Origin: Candidatus Dormiibacterota bacterium
GTDB lineage: Bacteria > Chloroflexota > Dormibacteria > Aeolococcales > Aeolococcaceae
Direction: 5' to 3'
DNA: 64,000 nt
Assembly: GCA_963709585.1 (NCBI GenBank)
Contig: CAVPXI010000023.1
Location: 160,001 to 224,000 of the forward strand
Shown here: positions 40,561-51,071 of the stretch, piece by piece
How positions within the stretch are numbered: position 1 is the stretch's first letter
Layout of the letters: every line of letters begins with the position of its first letter
Made by a program: the position numbers and the translations under genes
Notes under the pieces: model-generated
What the model saw: the letters and a program-made list of their open reading frames with translations, nothing else
The model's database searches: none
What the model was told of the DNA's origin: nothing

Positions 40561-42336
40561 TCACTCCGCGGTGGGCTGACCGAACGCCAGCGAGGCCGAC
40601 GGATGTGTCCGCGCCAGCCGCGCCTGTGCCCTGCCCAGCGCTGAGGGTGACAGGGAGGCGACGGTCATCGCTTCGACAAAGTCGGATCCGTTGATACGGT
40701 AGAGCGTGCAGGGCGCAATCGCTTTCACAGTCGCCGTGCGCGGACGGTGCCCGAGCAGACCGATCTCACCGAAGTAGTTGGGTGGTCCCAACACGCCGAG
40801 CGTATGTTCCGCGCCGGCCTCGCCGGCCGCGAGCACCTCGACCTCGCCGGCTGTGAGCACGAAGAAGTCATCGGCCTCGGCGCCCTCGCGAATCAGCACC
40901 GCGCCAGCTTCGACCGTCTCCTCGACTGCTGATCTCGCCAGGCGCTCCAATGCCGCTCGGGTCGCGCCGGCGAAGATGTCGAGGCTCTGCAGGGCCGTGA
41001 CACGTGGCTCGATCGCGGCCAGTTCGCGCTGCGCTCTTGTGTCGAGTGCCCGGATCCATGGATACGCAGCAACACTCAACGCCGGAATCGCCAATCCCAT
41101 GATCAAGAGCGTCGTGTTCAGCCCGAGGCTGCCGAGGAGGATGGGCATGAGCAATGCGCCCAGCGAGATTGCCGCCAGCACGAGGGCGAAGAAAACCCCG
41201 AAGACTCGCGCGACGACGTCCGGACTCACGAGCCGCTGCAATGCCGTGATCGCCAGCACGTCGACGATGATCGTCCCCCCACCTCGGACCACCTCCAGGA
41301 GAAATGCGATCCATGGTGAATGCACGATCGTCAGGAGCGCAGTTGGCAGGCAAAACACCGCCATCCCGATGACGATGATCGCTCCGAGGCGACGGGCAGC
41401 GGCGATGCGATTCATGAATCCTGCCATCACGATGCCGCCGACGCCGAGCGCCGCGAGCAGGTATCCGTAGCCGGTGCTGCCGGTGCCGAGCTGGTCCTTG
41501 CTCACCACGACGAAGAGCACCGTGTCAGTCCCGTACACGAAGCTCGCGAGGATGCTGAAACCGGCGAGCAGGGTCACGCTGGGGGACGAAACGAAGGCGC
41601 GCATCCCGGCCGCCATCTGCTTGAGTGGCCCGACCGCCCCGCCCTCGGTGATGTCCGACGGACGGCTGCGTATGCGCATGCGGCTCACCACCAGCGCGGA
41701 GAACCCGAAGGTGGCCGCATTGATGGCGAACACCACGGCCGGCGGACTGAACAGCAGCAACACGCCCGCGATTGCCGGGCCGACGATGATGGAGAGGTTC
41801 TCCACGGCAGACTGCGCGCTGTTGGCGGCGGCGAGATGTTCCTCCCCGACGACTGCTGGAGTGGTCGCGCGTGCCGCTGGGTCGTATGAGGACGTGCTCA
41901 CCGACGTCAGAGCGGCAACCGCAATCGCGAGGAGGACGGGCCCATTCAGCGCCGCAACCACGGCCAGAGCCGTCTGGAAGCAGAGCGCGAGCGTATCGAG
42001 AGTCACCATGAGACGCACGCGTTCCATGCGGTCAGCGACCAGCCCACCGATGGGACTGGTGACGAGTGCGGTGAGAAAGCGCGTCATTGAGGCCGCGGCA
42101 ACCCACGCAGGGGAGTGGGTGGCGTTGAAGACGAACACGACCAGGGCGACGTTGTATGCCCACGATCCGCTCATCGAGATGGTGAGCCCGCTGAAGAGTA
42201 GGCGGTAGTCGCGGTTGGCGAACAGCGAGCGATACCCAACTCGCGGTGTCCTCTCGCCGAGCGTGCGTCCGGTGAGCCGCGCAACCACACGGCGCCTGAT
42301 CGAGGGCGGCTTCGGCTCCGTGGCGAGTTCCGTCAT
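40561..42336 (-). CDS. MFS transporter fused to a C-terminal cyclic-nucleotide-binding domain
   Basis: About 12 TM helices with GGLVADRMER; then LIREG...FFVL..GEVEV, YFGEIGLL..RPRTATV. Confidence 0.92.
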   Translation of the reverse strand: MTELATEPKPPSIRRRVVARLTGRTLGERTPRVGYRSLFANRDYRLLFSGLTISMSGSWAYNVALVVFVFNATHSPAWVAAASMTRFLTALVTSPIGGLVADRMERVRLMVTLDTLALCFQTALAVVAALNGPVLLAIAVAALTSVSTSSYDPAARATTPAVVGEEHLAAANSAQSAVENLSIIVGPAIAGVLLLFSPPAVVFAINAATFGFSALVVSRMRIRSRPSDITEGGAVGPLKQMAAGMRAFVSSPSVTLLAGFSILASFVYGTDTVLFVVVSKDQLGTGSTGYGYLLAALGVGGIVMAGFMNRIAAARRLGAIIVIGMAVFCLPTALLTIVHSPWIAFLLEVVRGGGTIIVDVLAITALQRLVSPDVVARVFGVFFALVLAAISLGALLMPILLGSLGLNTTLLIMGLAIPALSVAAYPWIRALDTRAQRELAAIEPRVTALQSLDIFAGATRAALERLARSAVEETVEAGAVLIREGAEADDFFVLTAGEVEVLAAGEAGAEHTLGVLGPPNYFGEIGLLGHRPRTATVKAIAPCTLYRINGSDFVEAMTVASLSPSALGRAQARLARTHPSASLAFGQPTAE

Positions 42337-42419
42337 CGGATGTCGCCGGGCTCCTTGATACCACCGATGGCGGTGCGATTCACCCGCGGAAGCGTACTCG
42401 CCGCGATACTGTCCGCACC

Positions 42420-43307
42420 ATGCGGTTGCGTCTCTGCGGTACGCGAGGGTCCACGCCGGCGCCTGGCATCGATTTCGCCCGTTATGGTGGCCAGACGTCG
42501 TGCGTGGCTGTCATCACGGATGACGGTGAGTGCCGGCTCATCCTCGACGCAGGCACCGGCCTGCGCCGACTGCCGGCCGCGTTGCACGGCAAGCCGTTCA
42601 CAGGCAGCATGCTGCTCACCCATCTGCACTGGGACCATACGCATGGGTTGCCCTTCTGCCCCTCGGTCGACAACCCGGACGCGCACACAACGCTGTACAT
42701 CCCGGAGCAGCCGGGTGGTGACGCCGAGGAGATCCTTGCCCGGGCGATGTCGCCACCGCATTTCCCCATACGCCCTCGCGAGATGCGCGGATCCTGGGAG
42801 TTCAAGCATCTCGCGCCCGGCGAACATCGCATCGAGGGCTTCGATGTCCTCGCGCTGGAGATTCCACACAAAGGGGGGCGAACGTTCGGATACCGGGTTT
42901 CTGACGGTCGGAGTGCCTTCGCCTACATGCCGGACCACGCGCCGGCCTCGCTCGGTCCCGGGCCTGAGCAGTTCGGGCCGTATCACGAGACGGCAGTGCG
43001 CTTGACGCTAGGCGTCGACATGCTACTGCACGATTCGCAATATACGAGCGAAGAATTCCCCGCGCGGGCGCATTTCGGCCACTCCAGCATCGATTACGCC
43101 GTGGGGCTTGCCGTACACGCTGGAGCGCGGCGCTTGGTGCTCTTCCATCACGACCCCTGGCGATCGGACGAGCAACTCGATAGCATCGTCACCCGCTGGT
43201 CCGACGCCTCGCTGCCGGTCACTGCGGCGATCGAGTGGGACATTCTTGACGTCGGCGTTGCCTCCGATGCGCGGCCCCGAGAGGCGCCTGACCGGTCGTC
43301 GGCATAA
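42420..43307 (+). CDS. MBL-fold metallo-hydrolase (RNase Z / cyclic-nucleotide phosphodiesterase-like)
   Basis: GTRGS.P, YGGQTSC, ILDAGTG, THLHWDH, HDSQY, GHS, LFHHDP. Confidence 0.88.
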   Translation: MRLRLCGTRGSTPAPGIDFARYGGQTSCVAVITDDGECRLILDAGTGLRRLPAALHGKPFTGSMLLTHLHWDHTHGLPFCPSVDNPDAHTTLYIPEQPGGDAEEILARAMSPPHFPIRPREMRGSWEFKHLAPGEHRIEGFDVLALEIPHKGGRTFGYRVSDGRSAFAYMPDHAPASLGPGPEQFGPYHETAVRLTLGVDMLLHDSQYTSEEFPARAHFGHSSIDYAVGLAVHAGARRLVLFHHDPWRSDEQLDSIVTRWSDASLPVTAAIEWDILDVGVASDARPREAPDRSSA

Positions 43308-43361
43308 GGCGGGGATCGCCCTGGTTGAGTGCAGCCCGCTGAGAAACGTACCCTTGGCGGC

Positions 43362-46300
43362 GTGATCTGCCCGGCCTGTGGCGCTGAGAATCGGCCCGGC
43401 ATGCGCTTCTGCGGCCAGTGCGGGGGCTCGCTGGCGATCCTCTGTCGAGGGTGCGGAGCAACCAACGACGCCAATCAGCTGTTTTGCGGCCAGTGTGGGG
43501 CGAAGCTCGCAGCGGATCCGGCTGCGAGCAATCCATCGCTGAACACACCCGCGACGAGCAGCCGTCCAGCGGGCGAGCCGTCGCGGCCGGCCTCGGAGCG
43601 GCGTCACATCACCGTGCTCTTCGCGGACCTGGTCGGCTTCACATCGCTGTCAGAGCAACGCGATGCGGAGGATGTCCGCGAGCTGTTGAGTGACTACTTC
43701 GCACTGGCGCGAACGGTCATCGGTCGCTACGGCGGGCGTATCGAGAAGTTCATCGGCGATGCGGTGATGGCCGTGTGGGGCGTCCCGGCCATCCAGGAGA
43801 ACGACGCAGAGCGTGCGGTACGAGCAGCCCTCGAGCTCGTGGACGAGGTATCCGCATTCGGTGAGCGGGCGGGGATACCCGGGCTCCGCGCCCGGGCAGG
43901 CGTACTCACCGGCGAAGCTGCGGTCAACCTCGACGCCGACGACGAGGCCATGGTCGCGGGCGACCTCGTCAACACCGCGAGCAGAGTGCAGTCGGTTGCC
44001 GAGCCGGGCATCGTCTTTGTCGGCGACAGCACTCGGAGCGCGAGCGAGGCCGCCATCGAGTATGTGGACGCGGGGAGCCATCAGCTCAAGGGCAAACCTG
44101 ACCCGATGCGACTCTGGCGCGCGGCTCGGGTGATCGCGGGGGCGGGTGGGGCGCTGCGTCCCACCGGTCTCGAGCCGCCCTTTGTTGGGCGGGAGCGAGA
44201 GCTGCGGCTGCTCAAAGAGTTCCTCCACGCCACGTCAGCGGAGGGTAGGGCACGGCTGCTCTCGGTGGTTGGCCTCGCAGGGGTGGGCAAGTCAAGGCTG
44301 GCCTGGGAGTTTTTCAAGTACATCGACGGGCTCACCGAGACCATCTGGTATCAACGCGGCCGGTGCCTGGCCTACGGCGAAGGTGTGGCGTTCTGGGCGC
44401 TGACCGAGATGGTCCGGATGAGAACCGGGATTGTGGAGAACGAGCCGCCGGACACGGCGAAACAGAAATTGCGTCTGAGCGTCGAGGAGTTCATTCACGA
44501 CGAGGAGGAGCGCGCCTGGGTGGAGCCACGTGTGGCCCATCTTCTCGGGCTCGAGGAGCGCGCCGGCGCCGACCCCCGGGATCTGTACGCGGCCTGGCGG
44601 GTCTTCTTTGAGCGTATGGCGGCGCAGCACACGACGCTGCTCATCTTCGAGGACCTGCAGTGGGCGGACAGCGGACTCCTCGACTTCATCGAGTACCTGC
44701 TCGAATGGTCGCGCAGTTCGCCGATCATGGTGGTCGCCCTCGCTCGTCCCGAACTCGGTGAACGGCGTCCGGGGTGGGGTACCGGCAAGCGAGGCCTCAC
44801 GTCGCTCTTTCTCGAACCACTATCGCCTGATGCGATGGGGCAGCTGCTCACAGGCCTGGTGCCAGGTCTGCCTCAGGATCTGCGCGCGCTCATCCTCGAT
44901 CGGGCCGCCGGCGTCCCCCTGTATGCGGTTGAGACAGTGCGTATGCTCATCGACCGGGGGCTGCTCGTCGAGGATGGCGGCACGTACCGCGCCAAGGGGT
45001 CGTTGGAGGCGCTCGAGGTTCCTGAGAGCCTCCATGCGCTGATCGCAGCGCGCCACGACAGCCTCGCGCCGAGTGAGCGATCGTTGTTGCAGGACGCGGC
45101 GGTCCTGGGCAAGTCGTTCACCGTCGCCGCGCTCAGCGCGGTGACCAACATCCCGGAATCCGACGTCGAGGCGGTGCTCACCTCGCTGGTTGGCAAGGAC
45201 CTGCTCGCGATACAGGCGGACCCGCGCTCGCCCGAGCGCGGCCAGTACGTCTTCGTCCAGGACCTGATCCGCAGCGTCGCCCATGGGACGCTGGCGCGGC
45301 GCGAGCGCAAGTTGCGTCACCTGTCGGCGGCGACGTACCTGGCCGGCTCCCGGATTGACGAGGAGGAGATTGCCGAGGTCGTCGCGGCCCATCTCGTCGA
45401 GGCGTACGACGCCGAACCCGCTGCAGCCGACGCTCCAGAGATTCGCGATCGGGCGCGGCTTGCGCTCGTGCGCGCCGCGGAGCACGCAGACTCGCTCGGC
45501 GGCGCTGCGTCGGCTCAGCGCTATTACGAGCATGCGCTCGAGCTCAGCGGCGATGATGAGACGCGAGCCGACCTCAATCAGAAGGCTGGACTAGCTGCCC
45601 GGTTGCAGGGCCACGGAACGCAGGCGAGAGCGCATTTCGAAACGGCGCAGGATCTGTACGCCGCGACAGGGCGGCCGCTTGGCCGGGCGACGGCGCTCAG
45701 CGAGCTCGGTAAGTGCGACTACGACGATGGCAACCTCGTCGGCGCGTTACAACGCTCGCAGGACGCGCTGGCCGCCATCCCCGAGAGCGGGACCGGTGCA
45801 GAGCATCAGGCGACGCTGGCGTACATCGAGGCAAGGCTCGCGAGGTTCATGTACTTCAGCAGCGATTACGTCTCGGCCCTCCCATACGTCGAGCACGCGC
45901 TGCAGGTTGCCGAGACCGAAGGCTTGTTGGATGTGTTCTGTCTGGCCCTCGATACCAAGGGCGCAATTCTCGCTGCGCGCGGACGTCGCGCCGAGGCTGA
46001 CGTGCTCATCCGCGGGGCACTCGCCGTCGCACTCGAACACGATCTCACCGAGCGCGCCTGCTCGTCGTGCGCCAATCTGGCCTCGACCCTCGAGGAGGAA
46101 GACCGGATCGAGCCTGCACTCGAGATGTACGAGCAGGCCGAGGTGCTCATGCAGCGGCTGGGAGATCGTCCTAATGCTGTCGGCGCCAGGCTGAACCGCG
46201 TCCAGGGGCTTCTCGAGCTCGGCCGATGGGATGAGGTAGAGGCGATGTTCGCCGATTATCTCGAGGCCGACGCTGATGAGCTCGGATCTCGCCTGTGGCC

Positions 46301-46959
46301 GGGCGCGGTCGCGGCCAACGCCACTTGGCTGTTCGTTTACCGCGGCGACGCAGCAGCCGGGCGCCGCCTGGTCGAGCAAAGCGCGCCCCTGGTCGCACAT
46401 TCGCAGCTGGAGATCCGCGCCCAGCATGATGCCGCTCGCGCCGCGGTCGCGAACGCCGACGGTGATCACGTCCTGGCGCTTGCGACGGCGGAGTCAACGC
46501 TTCGAGCCTGTATCGATGAGTCCTTCCCGGTGGGGATGAGGTTAGCTCTCATCGAGGCGGTGGAGGCGGCCTTCTTGCTCGGCCAGGCTTCCAAGGTCGT
46601 GGAGTTGCTGCAGCTGGTGCGAGACAACTTTCGGCCCGGACGCCAGCCGTCGGTTGACGCGCATATTCTCCGATGGGAGGCGCGCATGGCAGCCGCGCTC
46701 GATGACAATGACCGGGCCGGCGGCAAGTTCACCGCCGCGATCGACAAGCTTCGCCCGGTTGCAGCGTCCTTTCTGGCTTGCGGTAACCCGCTGCGAACTT
46801 GGAGAGTGGTTGGTTGCTCAGGGTCGCCAAGCAGACGCCCAGGAGCAGTTGGCCTCTGCTCGCGCAACGTTCGAGCAGCTGCGTGCAATCCCCTGGGTGC
46901 AACGAGCGCGCATCGCGGGGCAGCGGGTGGGGACAGAACCGGCGAGTCTGGCTCAATAG
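43362..46959 (+). CDS. Double zinc-ribbon / class III nucleotide cyclase / STAND AAA NTPase / TPR protein 2 (frameshift near 46747)
   Basis: CxxC pairs; LFADLVGFT, EKFIGD, GDLVNTASR; GLAGVGKSRL, FEDLQWAD; TPR tail ends ...EPASLAQ* in the shifted frame. Confidence 0.92.
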
Positions 46960-46964
46960 CACGA

Positions 46965-47741
46965 TCACGCCGCCTTGATCGCGTAGCCGATGTACGAAAC
47001 GCGCAGGTCCCTGGTCACGACGAAACGCGCTCGCTGACCCAGCTCTCCATATGAGATCCGACCTCTGCGGGCCTGCAGAAGCATGCGGATCAGCTGAGGT
47101 GGTTTCACACCGGGGGCGATGCCGGTCATGTCGCGGCCCTCGAGGCCGTGGCGGCGGAGTATCCCGCTGAGCTCATCCGGGGTGATGAACTGCTCCCAGG
47201 CATGGAGGTTGGGTGGCATCAACCGCGTGAGACGCCAATCCTGGAAGAGCGTGATCATCACCAACTTGCTCGTGCGCGTCCGGTTGATGGTGTCGAACAG
47301 GTAGACACCGCCGGGCCGGAGCACGCGAGCGGTTTCGCTGATGACCGCGTCGAGGTCATCGACGTGCTCGAGCACGTCAACGCAGCAGGCGATGTCCACG
47401 CTCGCCCCGTCGAGCGGAAGATGCTCCCCTGATCCTACGCGATAGTCGATGTGCAGGCCGGCCGCTGCAGCGTGCGAACGCGCCGTGGCGAGCGACGCGG
47501 CGGACGGATCAACCCCGATGACCTGTGCGCCGAGCCGAGCGAGCTCCTCGGCAAACAGGCCGCCACCACAGCCGATGTCCACCACGGTCTTACCGCTTGG
47601 GTCCACGCCGCGATCGCGAAGCACTCGGGTGAAATAGCCGAGCCTTGCCGGGTTGATCGCAGTCCGGATTGCGTTCAAGGGCTGGTGTTCGTCCCACCAG
47701 ATGTCGCCGGACCGGTTGTAGATCTCGTTGTCCACCGGCAT
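46965..47741 (-). CDS. UbiG-like O-methyltransferase
   Basis: WWD.....INPARLGYF, DIGCGGG, VLEHV, TINRT, FITPDEL. Confidence 0.85.
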   Translation of the reverse strand: MPVDNEIYNRSGDIWWDEHQPLNAIRTAINPARLGYFTRVLRDRGVDPSGKTVVDIGCGGGLFAEELARLGAQVIGVDPSAASLATARSHAAAAGLHIDYRVGSGEHLPLDGASVDIACCVDVLEHVDDLDAVISETARVLRPGGVYLFDTINRTRTSKLVMITLFQDWRLTRLMPPNLHAWEQFITPDELSGILRRHGLEGRDMTGIAPGVKPPQLIRMLLQARRGRISYGELGQRARFVVTRDLRVSYIGYAIKAA

Positions 47742-47755
47742 GGTGTGGGGGCTGC

Positions 47756-48454
47756 CTACCGCAGCGGCTCGACAACGGACAGATCGTGGGCGAGGACGAT
47801 GCGTCGCGGGTCGAACTGCAACATCCGATCCATCCAGGCGCAATGCGGTGGAATCTCCGCGTCGTCGCTGTCTCGGTGCGCCACTGCAGCGCGCAAGTCG
47901 GCGGCGAACTCGGTCGCGGTATCGTGCGCTTGACCCGCGAGGACGACGGTGCCGTCGTCGCAACGCACGACAACCGACTGATGCCCCGGCGTGTGTCCTG
48001 GCGTCGGGAGGATCCACAACCCTGGCAGGAGCTCGAGTTCGCCGTCGATGACCTGGTAGTCGGCGTCAGCGAAGTCGACCGCCTCGGAGATGGTGTACCC
48101 GGGTTCACGCGCGCTCGCCAGCTCCGTCGCTTGCACGACGATGGGACGCCCGGCGAACGCCGGATTACCGCCGCAGTGGTCGAAATGCAGGTGACAGTTG
48201 ATGATCCAGCGCACGTCCTCCACTGCCGACCCCACACCGCGCAGCGCCTCTGCGAGGGGTCGCCGCCGCGGACGGTAGTGCGCCTCGGTTTCAGCGTCGG
48301 CGACGCCGAGGCCGGTATCGAACAGAACGAACCCAGCGGGATGGGCGATCAGGTAGCCGAGGAGGGATTCCACGCGCGTTTCGCCGGTCAGGGTTTCCGA
48401 CGCCGGCCGGATGAAGTACCCGAAGTCGACCCGCCGGATCTCGTCGATGATCAC
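47756..48454 (-). CDS. N-acyl-homoserine-lactonase-like MBL hydrolase
   Basis: LFDTG, CHLHFDHCGGN, TPGHTPGHQS, AHD. Confidence 0.82.
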   Translation of the reverse strand: MIIDEIRRVDFGYFIRPASETLTGETRVESLLGYLIAHPAGFVLFDTGLGVADAETEAHYRPRRRPLAEALRGVGSAVEDVRWIINCHLHFDHCGGNPAFAGRPIVVQATELASAREPGYTISEAVDFADADYQVIDGELELLPGLWILPTPGHTPGHQSVVVRCDDGTVVLAGQAHDTATEFAADLRAAVAHRDSDDAEIPPHCAWMDRMLQFDPRRIVLAHDLSVVEPLR

Positions 48455-48467
48455 AGTGGTGTCGGGG

Positions 48468-48968
48468 TCACGTCTCCCTGCTCGGAATCTGCTTGCTCTC
48501 CACGAGGAACGCTTCGAGGTGGGTGACCACGAAGCGGTGGTCCTCGATTTGGGGCAGCCCTGACACCGCCACCGTGCCGATGCACCCGCTGGCTCCGAGC
48601 ATCACCGGAAATGCACCGCCGTGGGCGGCGAACATGCTGACGTCCAGGCGAGAGTCGGTATCGAAGTCGCGGCCGTCGGCGCGGAATGTGCAGCCGACGA
48701 AATACGACGAGTGACCGTAACGCTCGGCGACGGCTGCCTTGCGCGAGAGCCACACGTCGTTGTCCGCCGAGGACCCTGGCAGAGCGGCGTGGAACAGACA
48801 CTGGCCGTTGCGCCGGATCGCGATTGCGACCGGCAGGCGCGCCTCCCGCGCCGCGGCGCGCAGGCGTGACCCGAGCTCCCACGCGACGTCGTGGTCGAAG
48901 CGCGTAAAGACCAGGCGCTCTTCTTCCGCCAGCAGCGCGGCCAGCTGTTCGGCGGCGGCTTCGTTCAC
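48468..48968 (-). CDS. GlcG/HbpS-like (UPF0303) heme-binding-domain protein
   Basis: DNDVW..RK, AAHGGAFP, VAVSGLPQ.EDH. Confidence 0.85.
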   Translation of the reverse strand: MNEAAAEQLAALLAEEERLVFTRFDHDVAWELGSRLRAAAREARLPVAIAIRRNGQCLFHAALPGSSADNDVWLSRKAAVAERYGHSSYFVGCTFRADGRDFDTDSRLDVSMFAAHGGAFPVMLGASGCIGTVAVSGLPQIEDHRFVVTHLEAFLVESKQIPSRET

Positions 48969-49996
48969 GGAGCGGGCACCGGCACGACGGCGCCGGTGGT
49001 GGCGCTGGACCTGGCTGCCTCGAGCAGGGTTGCGGTGGCGACGGCATCACGCGCATTCACGGGTGGCGGGTTGCTGCCGCGAACCGCTCCCGCGAAGGCC
49101 GGGTAGAACCGATCCCATCGACCACGCTCGGTGGCGTATGGCCCGGCCGCCGTCCCCCGGTACAGGGTGCCGTGGCTCTCGGGTGGCTCAACGCCCCACC
49201 CCGCGCCGAGGGACGCGGGAGTCTCACCGGCGATCAGATCGTTCTCCTGGGTGTCGGCGGGTCCGAGCACGTAGGTCGCCTCGGTGCCCGTGACCCTGTA
49301 GCGCGGGCCAGGCGCGAATTGGCTCCAGCTTCCCGACAGGTGGGACTGGGCGCCACTCGCATGGGTCACGGCGATGAACACGTCGTCGTCGAGGCCGGAG
49401 TCGCGAATCCGCCACTCCGCGTAAACGCTCACCGCCGGGCCGAGCAACACCAGGGCCTGGTCCGCGAGATGGCTGCCGAAGTCGCGCAAGGTGCCACCAC
49501 CGGATTTGCCTGGCCCTCGCTGCGGTGCGTAGCGTTCGAAGCGTGACTCGAAACGGGTGACCATCCCGAGCTCGCCATCGTCGACGAGTTTCCGAACGGT
49601 GAGGAAGTCCGAATCCCAGCGCCGGTTCTGGTACGGACTCAGGAGGAGCCCGCGCTGCTCGGCGAGATCGACCGTGTGCCGCGCAGCCTCGGGATCGAGC
49701 GCGAACGGTTTGTCGCACACGACCGCCAGACCCAGCTGTAGGGCCTGCTCGGTGAGGCTGGAATGGGTTTCCGCCGGCGTCGAGATGGCCACCGCTTCGA
49801 CGCCGGCATCGACGAGCGCGGCGAGCGACGCGAAGGTCCGCGTGCCGGGCAGCTCACGGGCAACCAGCGCCTGGCGCTCGGAAGAGGAGGTCATGACCCC
49901 GACCAGATCGCACTCGGGCGCCGACGCGATCAGCGGGGCGTGGAAGTAGCGGCCGCCGAACCCATAGCCGACCAGGCCGAACCGTACCGGGGTCAT
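48965..49996 (-). CDS. Gfo/Idh/MocA oxidoreductase
   Basis: GYGFGG..FHAP, CDKPF, YQNRRWDSDF, DFGSH. Confidence 0.9.
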   Translation of the reverse strand: MTPVRFGLVGYGFGGRYFHAPLIASAPECDLVGVMTSSSERQALVARELPGTRTFASLAALVDAGVEAVAISTPAETHSSLTEQALQLGLAVVCDKPFALDPEAARHTVDLAEQRGLLLSPYQNRRWDSDFLTVRKLVDDGELGMVTRFESRFERYAPQRGPGKSGGGTLRDFGSHLADQALVLLGPAVSVYAEWRIRDSGLDDDVFIAVTHASGAQSHLSGSWSQFAPGPRYRVTGTEATYVLGPADTQENDLIAGETPASLGAGWGVEPPESHGTLYRGTAAGPYATERGRWDRFYPAFAGAVRGSNPPPVNARDAVATATLLEAARSSATTGAVVPVPAP

Positions 49997-50045
49997 GACC
50001 TACCTCGCGGGTCGCGCCCGGAGGCGATGGTGTCGCGGTCGCCGG

Positions 50046-51053
50046 TCATCGCTCACTCGGATAGACCACGCCCAGCGCGGCTCGCGCGCCGTCGAGGATC
50101 TCGAGGATGGCGATCGTGTCGGCATGCGGTATCAGCGGGCTCTCCATGAGCCCGGCGCGGAGGCAGCGGTCGACCTCCTCGATCTCGGGTCCGTAGCCGT
50201 GACCCCGTCCGGCCAGCGGGTCGTCAAAGTGAGTTTCGCCCGCGTCGCTGTGGACGATCATCCCGCCGGGACGGTAGGCCACCGGGAGGAACGAGATCCA
50301 GCCTTCGCTGCCGAGGATGGCTGCCTCGTTGGGGGCATGGATGGATGCCGACGCCCAGAGTTGCGCGCCCGGGCGGCCGCCGTACAGCCACTCCATGGCG
50401 ACAGTGTCATCGGATCCGGTCGGTGACAGGGTGCCGATGGTCCGGACCTCGTCCGGACGACCGAGGAAGAGGTACGCGAAGGTGGCGGGGTAGACCCCGA
50501 GGTCGAGGAGGGCGCCGCCCCCGTTCTCGACGTCGTAGAGCCGGTGGGTGGGGTCGAACGCGAGTCCGAGTCCGAACTCGTTGCGCAGACCGCGGACCGC
50601 ACCGATGACCCCGTCGGCGATCAACTGCTGGGCCTGGCGGATCAGCGGGTTGGCGCGAGTCCACATGGCCTCCATCGCGAACACACCGGCCTTGGTCGCG
50701 GCTGTGAAGACCTCGCGCGTGTCGGCGGCGTTCAGACACACGGGCTTTTCGATGAGGACGGCCTTGCCGGCTTCGATCGCCAGGAGCGCGTGCGCACGGT
50801 GGTGGGGGTGTGTGGTGGTCACGTAGACGACATCGATCTCGTCATCGTTCACCAGAGCGCTGTAATCGCCGTAACTTCGCGCAGCGCCGTGGCGGTCGGC
50901 GAACCGCGCGGCGCGGTCTGCATCTCGCGCGGCCACGGCGGCGACGACGTTGCCGTCGGTCAGGTTGATATCGCCGCTGACGATGTCCGCGATATAGCCG
51001 GCGCCGAGGATGCCCCAGCGAATCGGTCGGCCGTCGGCGATTGGGAGTGGCAT
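50046..51053 (-). CDS. Gfo/Idh/MocA oxidoreductase (aldose dehydrogenase-like)
   Basis: WGILGAG.IA, EKP, MEAMW, GGGALLDLGVY. Confidence 0.9.
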   Translation of the reverse strand: MPLPIADGRPIRWGILGAGYIADIVSGDINLTDGNVVAAVAARDADRAARFADRHGAARSYGDYSALVNDDEIDVVYVTTTHPHHRAHALLAIEAGKAVLIEKPVCLNAADTREVFTAATKAGVFAMEAMWTRANPLIRQAQQLIADGVIGAVRGLRNEFGLGLAFDPTHRLYDVENGGGALLDLGVYPATFAYLFLGRPDEVRTIGTLSPTGSDDTVAMEWLYGGRPGAQLWASASIHAPNEAAILGSEGWISFLPVAYRPGGMIVHSDAGETHFDDPLAGRGHGYGPEIEEVDRCLRAGLMESPLIPHADTIAILEILDGARAALGVVYPSER

Positions 51054-51071
51054 TGGTGATCAGTCCCTCTG

